Below, one piece after another: positions 36,042 to 45,700 of a stretch of 48,572 nucleotides of DNA. Position 1 is the first letter of the stretch; each line of letters opens with the position of its first letter. Position numbers and translations under genes: made by a program. Source of the DNA: Candidatus Woesearchaeota archaeon (GTDB taxonomy: Archaea; Nanobdellota; Nanobdellia; Pacearchaeales; GW2011-AR1); the NCBI GenBank assembly GCA_964635935.1, contig CAZWNN010000001.1:1-48572 (forward strand), in the 5' to 3' direction. The notes beneath the pieces were generated by a model. It was not told the origin of the DNA. It did not search any database and saw nothing but the letters and a program-made list of their open reading frames with translations.

Positions 36042-36974
36042 AATTCCAATTATATTCCCCTTAGAATCTGTAACAAATTCTTCATAAAAATAATGTTCAA
36101 AATGGAAATGCCTATGCCCTGTTGGTAAGTTTCCCCCAATCCCTTTTAAAATGTCTGGGTTTTTCATAACAATTTCTAGTTCCTTCTCAGTAAGGCACTG
36201 AGGATAGTATCCAAATTCATGTGTTTTAACAACCTTGCCTAATCCCAATCTTGTAAAATCTTGTCCTTTTCCCCGAAGAATTTTTTCAAGAAAAGCTCTT
36301 TTTGCCTTCCAACCAACTAATTTTGAAACTTCTGGAGCATACTCTTTTGGACCCCAGTATCTAATAAGGGAAATACCTGGTTCTTCATTGAGAAAATTTG
36401 GTTTAGGTAGAGCTTTTTCTAAAAAAGGAGGCCTAACATTAAGTGTCCGGCATGGACTAACATCAGTAACAGCTAACTCAACCCACTCTCCTGATTCTAT
36501 CTTTCTTATAATCTCTTGTTGGACTCGTGGCCTTACATTTTTTAAAGTAACATCTTGAGTACTAATATATCTTAATGGAATCTTTGTTCCATCAGGATAT
36601 TTGCAATTATTAGGTGCAGGCAATAATTTAATCTCATTACTTTTAGTAGGGTTAGGCAAAAGCTTATTACTATTATGAACCACCACTCCAGAACCAACAA
36701 CATAATTATTAATCCCAGCAGTATCTTCAATATTGTAAACACTAACATCCTCAACAACCTTCTCGACAGAAACAATCCGAGCCAGTTTCCCATCAACAGT
36801 AGTCAACTCATCTCCAACAATTAAATCCGACGCACCAACCCACTCACCACCAACTAAAAACGGATGCTCTGTTGTAACCTTCAACTCTCCAATCTGAGAA
36901 GAACCAGAATTAATAATAGGCAAAGCTAAAGCTAAAACCAAACATAATAAAACAATGGATAGTCCTCTTTTCAT
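36030..36974 (-). CDS. Secreted C-terminal Hint-half (blocks B/F/G) fused to unknown cargo domain 1
   Basis: Signal-like MKRGLSIVLLCLVLALALPIINSG, then GELKVTTEHPFLVGGEWV...VYNIEDTAGINNYVVGSGVVVHN|SN (nt 36672..36890). A unique 213-aa C-terminal domain follows. Confidence 0.75.
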   Translation of the reverse strand: MKRGLSIVLLCLVLALALPIINSGSSQIGELKVTTEHPFLVGGEWVGASDLIVGDELTTVDGKLARIVSVEKVVEDVSVYNIEDTAGINNYVVGSGVVVHNSNKLLPNPTKSNEIKLLPAPNNCKYPDGTKIPLRYISTQDVTLKNVRPRVQQEIIRKIESGEWVELAVTDVSPCRTLNVRPPFLEKALPKPNFLNEEPGISLIRYWGPKEYAPEVSKLVGWKAKRAFLEKILRGKGQDFTRLGLGKVVKTHEFGYYPQCLTEKELEIVMKNPDILKGIGGNLPTGHRHFHFEHYFYEEFVTDSKGNIIGILVK

Positions 36975-37024
36975 ATTAAATCAATAAAACCAAACTTTAA
37001 AAACTTGATTATTAAATCTATTAA

Positions 37025-37450
37025 ATGCATAAAAAAATATCAAGAGCAGAGTTGATTATCTTTGATCTCTTTGGAACTATTTTAGTTTGTTATGGGACAG
37101 ATCACATAATAAGACCAGGAACACCAGAAGTTTTAGAAAAATTAAAAAACAAAACATTAGTAGTAGCAACTGATGAACCAGTAATAAGCGCAAAAAAAGT
37201 TTTAGGAGAATATGCAAGAAGATTTGCCAGAATTTATGGAAAAGAACATCTAATTGAAGAAAATAGGCAGAGATACAAAAATCTAGGACAAATCTGTGTA
37301 GATTTTAGTGTAGGTTCAAACCAAGCTGTAATGATTAGCGACGACCTAAATGGTTCTGATAGTAGATCTGCTGAAAAATATGGAGTTCCTTTTATTTTGG
37401 TTCCAAGAGATAGTTCAAGTCTAGTAAAGGTATTAGACTGTCGTCCCTAA
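37025..37450 (+). CDS. HAD-like fold protein (degenerate motif I)
   Basis: LIIFDLFGTIL resembles HAD motif I with the second Asp replaced. VVATDEP follows. Confidence 0.35.
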   Translation: MHKKISRAELIIFDLFGTILVCYGTDHIIRPGTPEVLEKLKNKTLVVATDEPVISAKKVLGEYARRFARIYGKEHLIEENRQRYKNLGQICVDFSVGSNQAVMISDDLNGSDSRSAEKYGVPFILVPRDSSSLVKVLDCRP

Positions 37451-37491
37451 GAAATAATAAACTTTATAAAGGCCCTTATCTCTATTTTTTT

Positions 37492-37803
37492 ATGGAAGCA
37501 AGAAAACAAAGAGAAGAACTCGCAAGAATCTTAGAGATAATTGAACAGCAAGGATTATGGAACCAAGCTTTTTTAGAATCAGAAGCACTCCCAGAAATTT
37601 TACAAGATTCTGACCCTCCAATTACCTATCACGGGACTGCAGAAGATATCAGGAAAGCAATCTCTGAAAATCCAGAAAATAAAGGATTTGCAGTATGCAA
37701 TTCTTGCCACACCCTAAGATTAGTAACCCCTAGTAAAGATATGTACCAAGGTCCTGATGGAAGACTATATGATTTTGGATGTTTACAAAAGTTCGCAAGA
37801 TAA
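37492..37803 (+). CDS. Hypothetical protein
   Basis: 103-aa ORF with a CTTTATAAAG box about 30 nt upstream. Confidence 0.4.
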   Translation: MEARKQREELARILEIIEQQGLWNQAFLESEALPEILQDSDPPITYHGTAEDIRKAISENPENKGFAVCNSCHTLRLVTPSKDMYQGPDGRLYDFGCLQKFAR

Positions 37804-37813
37804 TAACTTCATC

Positions 37814-39169
37814 TCATTGTCTTGGTAACTGTTCTAATAATCTCCCAAAAGACCGCGAACCTGTGCCCTCTACTGTATATTCTCCCCAATAAATTCCAGC
37901 CCCCCCCTTTTCTACTGGTAATGCTAATGTTGCAGGCCTCATTGTTCCACCCTCATACAATCGAGCACCCAGTTCGCAATATTCTAAATCTTCTAAAGGC
38001 ATTACAAGGTCATAAACTTCTTCAATAGTATATACATCACCACTAGGATGTTTAATTTCAAATAATAAATTATCCCCAGAAACATCAACAAAACGTATTC
38101 CTTCTTTATCTAGAGGAATTTTAAAGTCCATCATTGTTTTTTGAGGAATCCTCACACCTCTAAATGCTTCTGATATTTCTCTTTGCCTTTCAGGTAATTT
38201 ATCCCCTATAAACCTAATTATTTTTTGAGCTCTCTGGCTTCTAATATTTTGCTTAAGAAATTCAAACATTTCATCATAAGTCATCTCAGATAATTTTTCC
38301 GAAATCATAACACCTCCAACAGGCTCATTCAAACATAAAGGTGGTGCACTATAAGCATAAACTTCTGGAAAAAGACCAATTCCTGCGTTAGCATCAACAA
38401 TTCCCCTATCAATCAACCTACGTAGTAAAACCTCTCCCTCTAAATCATATGCATTACCAAGACCACTTTTTCTAAGTAGTTGAGGCAAAAATCTTTTTTT
38501 AGATATTTTAATAACAAAACTTTCATCTATAATTCCCACCTGATCCATAATTATCTGTATTTCTTTAGGATAAGCTGATAAATCAGAGTATCTTCCAACT
38601 GTTATCCAAACCTCTCCAAATGCCCCCTCAGCAAATAATAATTTCCTACTATCTACTAAAGCATCCAGTTGTTTTCTAAATTCTTTGCCATAAAACCATG
38701 CAATAACCTTTGGATCTTCAATTCGCTGACTTTTTAAAGGTTTTGATTTAACAAAACCAGTAGATGTTTTTTTAACTATTGGAGGTCTTGTTTCAAGGAA
38801 TCCAAATCTATTCGCACTAACACTTCTAGAAGGGTCAATCTTCTTAACATTACTATTATGAACAACAACATCATAGTCCCCAACAACATAATTGTTAATC
38901 CCCTCATCATCCTCAATATTAAACACCTCAACATCATCAACAACTCTTTCAATTGAAGTTATCCGAGCCAACTTACCATCAACAGTAGTCAACTCATTAC
39001 CAACTTCCAACTCCGAAGCACCAACCCACTCACCCCCAACTAAAAACGGATGCTCAGTAGTCACACGAAGTTCTCCAATCTGAGATGCCCCAGAATTAAT
39101 AACCGGGAGAACTAAAACAACCAACAACAAACTCAAAAAAATCCAAAAGTTTTTTTCCATTTTAATCAT
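37814..39169 (-). CDS. Secreted C-terminal Hint-half fused to cargo domain 2 (protein-kinase-like motifs)
   Basis: Signal-like segment, then GELRVTTEHPFLVGGEWV...VFNIEDDEGINNYVVGDYDVVVHN|SN (nt 38855..39076). A 346-aa unique domain follows, with GAFGEVW, FVIKISKK and DVSGDNLLF. Confidence 0.75.
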   Translation of the reverse strand: MIKMEKNFWIFLSLLLVVLVLPVINSGASQIGELRVTTEHPFLVGGEWVGASELEVGNELTTVDGKLARITSIERVVDDVEVFNIEDDEGINNYVVGDYDVVVHNSNVKKIDPSRSVSANRFGFLETRPPIVKKTSTGFVKSKPLKSQRIEDPKVIAWFYGKEFRKQLDALVDSRKLLFAEGAFGEVWITVGRYSDLSAYPKEIQIIMDQVGIIDESFVIKISKKRFLPQLLRKSGLGNAYDLEGEVLLRRLIDRGIVDANAGIGLFPEVYAYSAPPLCLNEPVGGVMISEKLSEMTYDEMFEFLKQNIRSQRAQKIIRFIGDKLPERQREISEAFRGVRIPQKTMMDFKIPLDKEGIRFVDVSGDNLLFEIKHPSGDVYTIEEVYDLVMPLEDLEYCELGARLYEGGTMRPATLALPVEKGGAGIYWGEYTVEGTGSRSFGRLLEQLPRQ

Positions 39170-39191
39170 CCCCAGACAAATCAGGTTTCTT

Positions 39192-41870
39192 CTATCCCCC
39201 CCCAGTAGAGTATTTCCAACTATTAATCTTTGTTATTGCAGGATTCGAGGACGACCATCTCCAATCTTCTTCATTTTCTGGTGGACAAGTTCTAAACGGT
39301 TCTTTTATTTCTCTCGTTCCAGTTTTAACAGGGGTTTCAAGTAGCCATACAAGTTTTTCTCCAACAAGGGGATATCCACAACGAAGAGATCCCTCTGGTT
39401 CTCCCGTACTAATAGATTCATTTTTATCATCGTAAGTTTTAAGCCATGATTCTTTTTCATTAACTATCCATTCACAAGATTCCCCCTCTCTTTTTAATAC
39501 TAAGACCCCTTCATCTCTCCATATAATACTAGTATTATAGATAGGATTCCCATTTCTCTCTCTACCAACAATAACTGGATGAGAATATTCATAATTAAAC
39601 TTAATTGTGTAAATCGGTTTCTCGCAATCCCCACAATTAACAGGACAACCCCCCACCACCACAACCCCCTCCTCAGGAGGCTCCTTCTCCTTACAAACCT
39701 TCTCCTTTTCATCACACTTCTCCTCAGTCTTACAATCCTTCTCAGTCTTACATGGCTTTTTTTCAGGAAGTTTATCAGTACAAGGATAACTCCACTCCTC
39801 TTTATTCTCTGGGGGGTTCTCATCTGTAACTTCTGCTTCGCAAATCTCTCCATGATTAGAATTAAACACCCAAATAGGTCCAGACTCGGTGTCCTTACAT
39901 TCTATCACTGCTAAATTCTTATCAGCTCCTTCTACTTCTTTTTCTTCCCAGAGACAATCCTCTTTTTCCTTGACCCGGAATAATTGCTCTGCTGCAATCC
40001 CTTCAGCATTCCATCCCCCTAAATCTCCTTTATTCATAAAAAACATCCAAATTTCCTCCTTACTTTTACTACAATCAGGACAATCACTACCTCCTTCAAG
40101 GTCTGGGATTCCCTCTTCACCCTCCTCACCACTACCTTCCGAACACTCCCCAACTGTATCTTTACAATTTACTTCTGCCTTTACTTTCCAAACACACTCA
40201 AGCTTATTAGTTTTTTCATTCCTCTCTAGAACAGCCGGGTTTCCTTCACGTGGTGTATGTATAATAGGCTCAATTAATTCCCCAGGTTTACCTTTACAAA
40301 CTTTGTTTATGCAATCTGCTTCTGCCATACCCTTTACCATATCAGATATCTCAGGTGTACAAACCCCTAAATCTGCAAACATGCGTCCTTCTCCTTCACA
40401 CCCACACTTCTTTTCAGGAGGTCTTTCAGGCGGTCCTTTGAAATCTACAACAGGTATTGGCGTCCAAGTGTTTTCCCAACTATCAAAAGTATCTTGTTTT
40501 AATGTTTTTACTTCTTCAGAATCTTTATCATCAAAATCAGCTGAAATAGTCCCAATAACCTCTCCTAAACCAATGAAACTATCAAAATTTTCATCTGCTT
40601 CGTGGAACTCTGAATAAAAGCAAGAAGTTTCATCATTAGGATCAAGGCAGTCATAAAACCCTTCTCCTGGTTCAACAATTCTAATAAGCTGCTGAGCAGG
40701 AGTATAATAATAAATTAAATCATTAACAGTATGGATGCTGCCGTCAGGATTATGACCATACTCAACATCCCCAACACCTTCCAATCCCTTTATCTCTTCA
40801 ATATTATTATTTTCATCATAAAAAATAGTTATCCTCTCCCCATTTATATTTGATTCAACCAACAACCCTTCTTCATTACTTCCTTCTTCCCCATATACAT
40901 AAGACTCTTCTTCCAGTCTTAGAAATTCTCCATTAGAATTAAAACTCTCTGCTACGGCATTGATTAAATTCCCATCATCATCATATTCAAAACTACTCAC
41001 AATTTTCATGACATCATTTTCATCTGGATTAGGACCATAACTAGTACCAAAAGAAGTTACGATTTCTATTATTTGATTGTAATCATCATATTCATAATCT
41101 GTAGAAGTGCCAGTATGCCAGTCATAAGTAGGGGCCATTTCACTGCTTATCACATTACTTACCCTGTCTTCACCATCATAAATAATCCGAACATAGCCAC
41201 CCTCAGTTTCCATCTCCACTAATTTGCCTTCATAATCATAAGTATAATCTGTTTCAACTTTATCACTATCTTCTTCACCATATATATAACTTGCCTTTAC
41301 AATCTGTCCTTCATCATAATCATAATCATAAAAACTTCCATCATAAGTTTGTTCATAATCAATATTCCCTAAATCATTATATCCAAGAATTTCTTCACCA
41401 ACATAATTAGAACCAGAAAAACTCGAGATAAAACCATTAGAATCAAAACCATAATAAAACTCATCAATCACTCTTAGCTCCTCATTATTAATTGAATTGC
41501 TTAAAATAATCTTTTCAACATTTTCATTAGAATCATAAAAATAATCTCTAATATATTTAATATTCCCAATCCAAAGAATTTCCCTTATTGTGTTTCCTAC
41601 TGCATCATATTCAAAATCCTGTCTTGCATATATCATAGAATTTGAAATAAGTCTACTTTCAGAATCATAATCATAATGAATATCTGATGCTTCACTATCA
41701 TAATCTGTTAATGCAACCTCAGAATTTCCAGTAGCATAATACTCAAACTCAGGAAAATTCCCAGAAGAAATATAAGAACCCCCTGCCCCGCAATCAGGAC
41801 CAGTGCACACAGCACCAACCAAGTAAATCCCAAAAATCAAAACAACAAATAAAATCAACCCCCTCCTCAT
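39192..41870 (-). CDS. Secreted YD-repeat protein with a Cys-rich C-terminal half
   Basis: Signal-like MRRGLILFVVLIFGIYLVGAV. Multiple YD repeats (YDYDSESRLI, FEYDAVGNTI, YTYDYEGKLV, YEYDDYNQII, FEYDDDGNLI). The ATG overlaps the stop of the giant ORF (ATGA). Confidence 0.8.
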   Translation of the reverse strand: MRRGLILFVVLIFGIYLVGAVCTGPDCGAGGSYISSGNFPEFEYYATGNSEVALTDYDSEASDIHYDYDSESRLISNSMIYARQDFEYDAVGNTIREILWIGNIKYIRDYFYDSNENVEKIILSNSINNEELRVIDEFYYGFDSNGFISSFSGSNYVGEEILGYNDLGNIDYEQTYDGSFYDYDYDEGQIVKASYIYGEEDSDKVETDYTYDYEGKLVEMETEGGYVRIIYDGEDRVSNVISSEMAPTYDWHTGTSTDYEYDDYNQIIEIVTSFGTSYGPNPDENDVMKIVSSFEYDDDGNLINAVAESFNSNGEFLRLEEESYVYGEEGSNEEGLLVESNINGERITIFYDENNNIEEIKGLEGVGDVEYGHNPDGSIHTVNDLIYYYTPAQQLIRIVEPGEGFYDCLDPNDETSCFYSEFHEADENFDSFIGLGEVIGTISADFDDKDSEEVKTLKQDTFDSWENTWTPIPVVDFKGPPERPPEKKCGCEGEGRMFADLGVCTPEISDMVKGMAEADCINKVCKGKPGELIEPIIHTPREGNPAVLERNEKTNKLECVWKVKAEVNCKDTVGECSEGSGEEGEEGIPDLEGGSDCPDCSKSKEEIWMFFMNKGDLGGWNAEGIAAEQLFRVKEKEDCLWEEKEVEGADKNLAVIECKDTESGPIWVFNSNHGEICEAEVTDENPPENKEEWSYPCTDKLPEKKPCKTEKDCKTEEKCDEKEKVCKEKEPPEEGVVVVGGCPVNCGDCEKPIYTIKFNYEYSHPVIVGRERNGNPIYNTSIIWRDEGVLVLKREGESCEWIVNEKESWLKTYDDKNESISTGEPEGSLRCGYPLVGEKLVWLLETPVKTGTREIKEPFRTCPPENEEDWRWSSSNPAITKINSWKYSTGGG

Positions 41871-44800
41871 TCCTCAATAACCTCATATTTAATTATCAAA
41901 TATTCCTCAGCATCTCTGACAAAAGTTGTCTCAACAGTTGCCTCCACAGGCTCTTCACCCTCAATGTCATAAGCAATAACCTTCTCCCCAACCACCACAT
42001 CCTCAATATTTTTGTAAGTCCAATCAGCCATCAACACCTTTGTTCCTGCTAAAAAACATCCAGGTCCTGAACTTGCTGGAATGCCACTACTCTGGCAACT
42101 ACATTGCGTGCAAAGTCTCGTGAACGCATTCTTAATATGTTCGCTACCCATCCCCCCAACCATCCCGGCACCCACACGAGCAGAGCTCGGAAGAAAAGTT
42201 ATTGGAGCTAAAGCCCCAACAGGGCCTGTTAATTGATTAGAGATTAAAGCAGGATTAAACACAGAAGTTCGCGGTGCTATTAAGGCAAAAGAGTTTTCAA
42301 TATTCAATCCCTGTCCAGGTGTAGCTTCAACTACATTTTCAATTGCTGGGTTGTGAACTAAGCTTTTAAATGTAAAGTAATTCCCCTGCCTAGGAAAGTA
42401 AAGATTGATATCGTAACTTCCTCCCCCTGCAGTTATTGTTCCGTCAGGCCATAAAAGAGACCCATCACTTCTAATTTTTACTCCACCTTGCCCAGACATA
42501 GCATCCCTAATTGAGTAGTAATAGATTTCCTCACGACCATCTTTCCTCAAAAATGTTCTAGGATAAAATCCTTCTGTTTTTTTCAAACTTTTTCCATATT
42601 GATAATTCAAAAAAGCCCTCCCTACTTTTGTATTTGAAAGACCTTCTAAGACTATTGGTACGCTGTAAACCGCACCTTCAAAACCTCCGATAGCAGTTGA
42701 TCTCAACCCTATGTACTTTATGTCCTCTGCAAGCTTTTTACTATCTTCTGAAGAAATCTGATTAAGAACTTCTCTTCTACCAAGGATGTTCCCAATTTCA
42801 AAACCTCTTCCAGCAAACTCTGAGCCAATAGGAACAGCAATTAATAATTGAGCACCAGTCCCTATTGTGGAAATAAGTGAAGCCCCAGCCGTACCTGCAG
42901 CAAAACTGGCTCCCAAGCTGGTTCCAACAATACTTGTAGCAGGAACCGCAATCATCGCAATTATAGCAGTCTTCCCAGCAGCATCTTTGAATTCCGTCCA
43001 AAATAATTCAAGATCTGAAAATGTCGCAGTCTCACCAACATAACAATACAAATCCCCACTCTTTCCAGAACAATAGCTTGACTCAACCCCTGTTCTTGGA
43101 TCAACATCAAACGGAGAAGGACCCGCATAAATAATGTTCTGATATTGATAACCTTCATAAAAGTCTTTATTACCATTTACATCTGTCCATTTCCCACAAA
43201 CAGAAGCAACATGAGGTGAAAATGGATGTACATCTCTTGCTTCTAACTCCTTATATCCTGATTTTCCTGAAGCCAAAGATCTACCAGGAATTTCTTGAAA
43301 CCAAATCTTTATCTTATTTTCTGGCTTTGCTTCAATTGCATTAACACAGGGTTCTCCTTTTCTTTGAACAAGCAGTCTATCATCCTGTATATTTGGAAAT
43401 GCTTTTTTAGGGCACTCGCTTTCAGGAACCCACTCGTAGAGAAGATGCTTCCATCCCTCTTCTTCATCTTTTCCCATAATCTCACAACAAACCCAATCTA
43501 TAGTATCAATCTTATATTGTGTTTCATCATCTCCTGAGTAATCATCAGGATCTGGGAAAAACTGGGAAGGTAAATATTTTCCATCCACAAATGCTTGTCC
43601 ATCAATATTGCGCTTGCTTTGGGGATAATTAGCACAAAATCCATCTCCATCATCATCCCAACAATATTTCATACATTCATCATCGTCAACATCCCTAAGT
43701 TTAACTGGAACATCTCCAAAATCAAGTATGGAAATAGAATCTACTTTTGAACCAAATAATTTTCTTAAAAACTCTGTATCTTTTGAATCATCCTTAATAT
43801 CAATAATTCTGTTCTGAGAAAATCTTGTGTTTAATTCAACAGCCCCCCCAGTTCTATCAAATAAAGCTTTTGATAAATATTCAGCCCCATCATTATCCGC
43901 CCCATCCCTACACTTTTCAGTAATAGTATATCCAGGACCAAAATAAAACTCATCAAATTCAAATCCAACTCTCTCTGCATTTTCCTTGAATTTAGCCATC
44001 CCTTCAACACCAAATTCAGCTAAAGGGGTAGCAATAATCTGGTCTTCTTTATCTGGGTTGCACCAAGTATAAACCTCTTTTACACAATGGCAGAAAATAT
44101 CATATGGGCCACCTGTACCAACCTCCATCTCTGTTGAAGGATAATCATTTGGGTCAGACCGGCATTTAGAAGGCACCCATCCTTTAGGGCATAAATTAGG
44201 GTCATTAATAACTTTATCAGATCTTGTTGTAACAGTCTTCTTTGAAACATAAATCTCCTTAACATAGCACTCAGCATCATTATGATCATAATGTTCAATA
44301 TAATTATTGTCTGCCGGATAAAAAATCTGATTACCCTCCTTATCAACCTCACTAAAAATATTGTACTCCTCCGGTTTTCCTCCAGCCCACCCTTTCGCAC
44401 CCCTAATTGCACCAGGCATAAATTTAGCTTCAGCCCAAAACTTACATCCATCATTTAAAATCCTCGAACTATCCCCTTCCTCCAAAACGCAATTCAACTC
44501 GTCTTTATCTAAATCAATTCCATCTTCATCATTTTTATTCTTAGGAGCCCCGATATTACCTCCAGCAGAAATAACACAGATTTCATTAGAGTAAGGAGTC
44601 CTCGCCCCCTCCCATCTTCCCCTAGTAGAAACAACATTTTCATCAACAGTCATACACTTATTAGAAGACCCAGGTTCACAATAATCACTACTCCATCTCC
44701 AGCCCACCAAAGGATTAGAAGAAGGTTCAATTTCCAACCCATAACAATTATTATCCACACCATCGCAATAAATTTCTGAATCCTTATGCGGATAAACACA

Positions 44801-45700
44801 AGTTGCACAAGCAGCATATTTAAAATTACCACAAACAATATTTCTAGAATTCATAAGTTTAGTCTTATCTTTAGGTTTACTTGCTTCTGCATAGCAAATA
44901 CTATCCTCCACCTTCTCCCCCTTTGGAAACTCTCCACTATGAAGATATATGGGTCCAACATATTCCGAAAACTCATCTGAACCATTAATACAAACTTCAG
45001 GCCCGTCTGTCCATCTATAAATATTATTGCCTTGCAAATGTTCATTATCCTCATTAGGCTCCCCATCAAAAAGATACTTACAACAAGTAATCTCCTTACA
45101 AACATTCTCTCCCCAAATATCTCCTTGAATCGCCCCAGCTCTTAATTCTCCTGGTTCATCAAAACAATCAGTTCCATACGGAGGAGGCCCATAACCATCT
45201 CCATCTTTATCAAAGTTTTGGCATTTACAATCCTTGCACTCTGCACCAACCCCACAATCATCCTTATCTTCTACATCATCACTAATCTCACAATCCTCCT
45301 CCCCCTCAATAAGAGAATTTCCACACTCTTCTATTAAAACACACTTGCAATTTTCACAACTATATTTTTCTTTATCAATGACGTTCAGATCACAATCACT
45401 ATCTACTATACACTCTTCATCTTCTTCAGTCCCACAAGGATTACATTGTTGTACCCTATCCGGAGGAGAGCAATAACCTCCAGAAAACCATCCACTAATC
45501 CATCTACATTGTCCAAAACTATCTGAATGTGGTTGAATATAAGTGTCTTTACAAATATCTTCAGATAAACCAATACAAGCACCCCAACCAGCCTCAGAAG
45601 GTAAAAGTTCTCCCTCACAAGCAGGATAACCACAAACAACCCCCACCCCGCCAACTAAAATAATCCCAACCAGCAGCAAAATTAAAATCTTTCTATTCAT
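41867..45700 (-). CDS. Giant secreted Cys-rich surface protein ending in an N-terminal Hint/intein half (block A only)
   Basis: N-terminal signal-like segment. CDGVDNNC- and DKDGDGYG-type Cys/Asp-rich repeats. A G/A-rich hydrophobic stretch. The last 63 aa are CFLAGTKVLMADWTYKNIEDVVVGEKVIAYDIEGEEPVEATVETTFVRDAEEYLIIKYEVIEE (nt 41870..42058), then TGA. Confidence 0.8.
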   Translation of the reverse strand: MNRKILILLLVGIILVGGVGVVCGYPACEGELLPSEAGWGACIGLSEDICKDTYIQPHSDSFGQCRWISGWFSGGYCSPPDRVQQCNPCGTEEDEECIVDSDCDLNVIDKEKYSCENCKCVLIEECGNSLIEGEEDCEISDDVEDKDDCGVGAECKDCKCQNFDKDGDGYGPPPYGTDCFDEPGELRAGAIQGDIWGENVCKEITCCKYLFDGEPNEDNEHLQGNNIYRWTDGPEVCINGSDEFSEYVGPIYLHSGEFPKGEKVEDSICYAEASKPKDKTKLMNSRNIVCGNFKYAACATCVYPHKDSEIYCDGVDNNCYGLEIEPSSNPLVGWRWSSDYCEPGSSNKCMTVDENVVSTRGRWEGARTPYSNEICVISAGGNIGAPKNKNDEDGIDLDKDELNCVLEEGDSSRILNDGCKFWAEAKFMPGAIRGAKGWAGGKPEEYNIFSEVDKEGNQIFYPADNNYIEHYDHNDAECYVKEIYVSKKTVTTRSDKVINDPNLCPKGWVPSKCRSDPNDYPSTEMEVGTGGPYDIFCHCVKEVYTWCNPDKEDQIIATPLAEFGVEGMAKFKENAERVGFEFDEFYFGPGYTITEKCRDGADNDGAEYLSKALFDRTGGAVELNTRFSQNRIIDIKDDSKDTEFLRKLFGSKVDSISILDFGDVPVKLRDVDDDECMKYCWDDDGDGFCANYPQSKRNIDGQAFVDGKYLPSQFFPDPDDYSGDDETQYKIDTIDWVCCEIMGKDEEEGWKHLLYEWVPESECPKKAFPNIQDDRLLVQRKGEPCVNAIEAKPENKIKIWFQEIPGRSLASGKSGYKELEARDVHPFSPHVASVCGKWTDVNGNKDFYEGYQYQNIIYAGPSPFDVDPRTGVESSYCSGKSGDLYCYVGETATFSDLELFWTEFKDAAGKTAIIAMIAVPATSIVGTSLGASFAAGTAGASLISTIGTGAQLLIAVPIGSEFAGRGFEIGNILGRREVLNQISSEDSKKLAEDIKYIGLRSTAIGGFEGAVYSVPIVLEGLSNTKVGRAFLNYQYGKSLKKTEGFYPRTFLRKDGREEIYYYSIRDAMSGQGGVKIRSDGSLLWPDGTITAGGGSYDINLYFPRQGNYFTFKSLVHNPAIENVVEATPGQGLNIENSFALIAPRTSVFNPALISNQLTGPVGALAPITFLPSSARVGAGMVGGMGSEHIKNAFTRLCTQCSCQSSGIPASSGPGCFLAGTKVLMADWTYKNIEDVVVGEKVIAYDIEGEEPVEATVETTFVRDAEEYLIIKYEVIEE

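Noticed and set aside
39889-40617. 242-aa + strand ORF, together with similar ORFs at 39579..39914, 43295..43537, 44361..44594 and 45234..45476, lying inside the giant and YD-repeat genes
   Set aside because: They are antisense to long ORFs with strong domain signatures. Their products are low-complexity S/P/L-rich, and no promoter-like box was seen. I treat them as shadow ORFs.
41855-41870. Read-through or recoding of the TGA that ends the giant ORF, which would fuse it to downstream sequence
   Set aside because: In frame the sequence reads TGA GGA GGG GGT TGA, so a second stop follows after three codons. The downstream YD-repeat ORF is in another frame, with its own ATG and signal-like segment.
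39192-41870. Calling the YD-repeat protein a canonical Rhs toxin with a C-terminal toxic tip
   Set aside because: I could not find the Rhs core-terminating PxxxxDPxGL-type motif. The C-terminal half is a Cys-rich, acidic region rather than a discrete tip, so it stays a generic YD-repeat surface protein.
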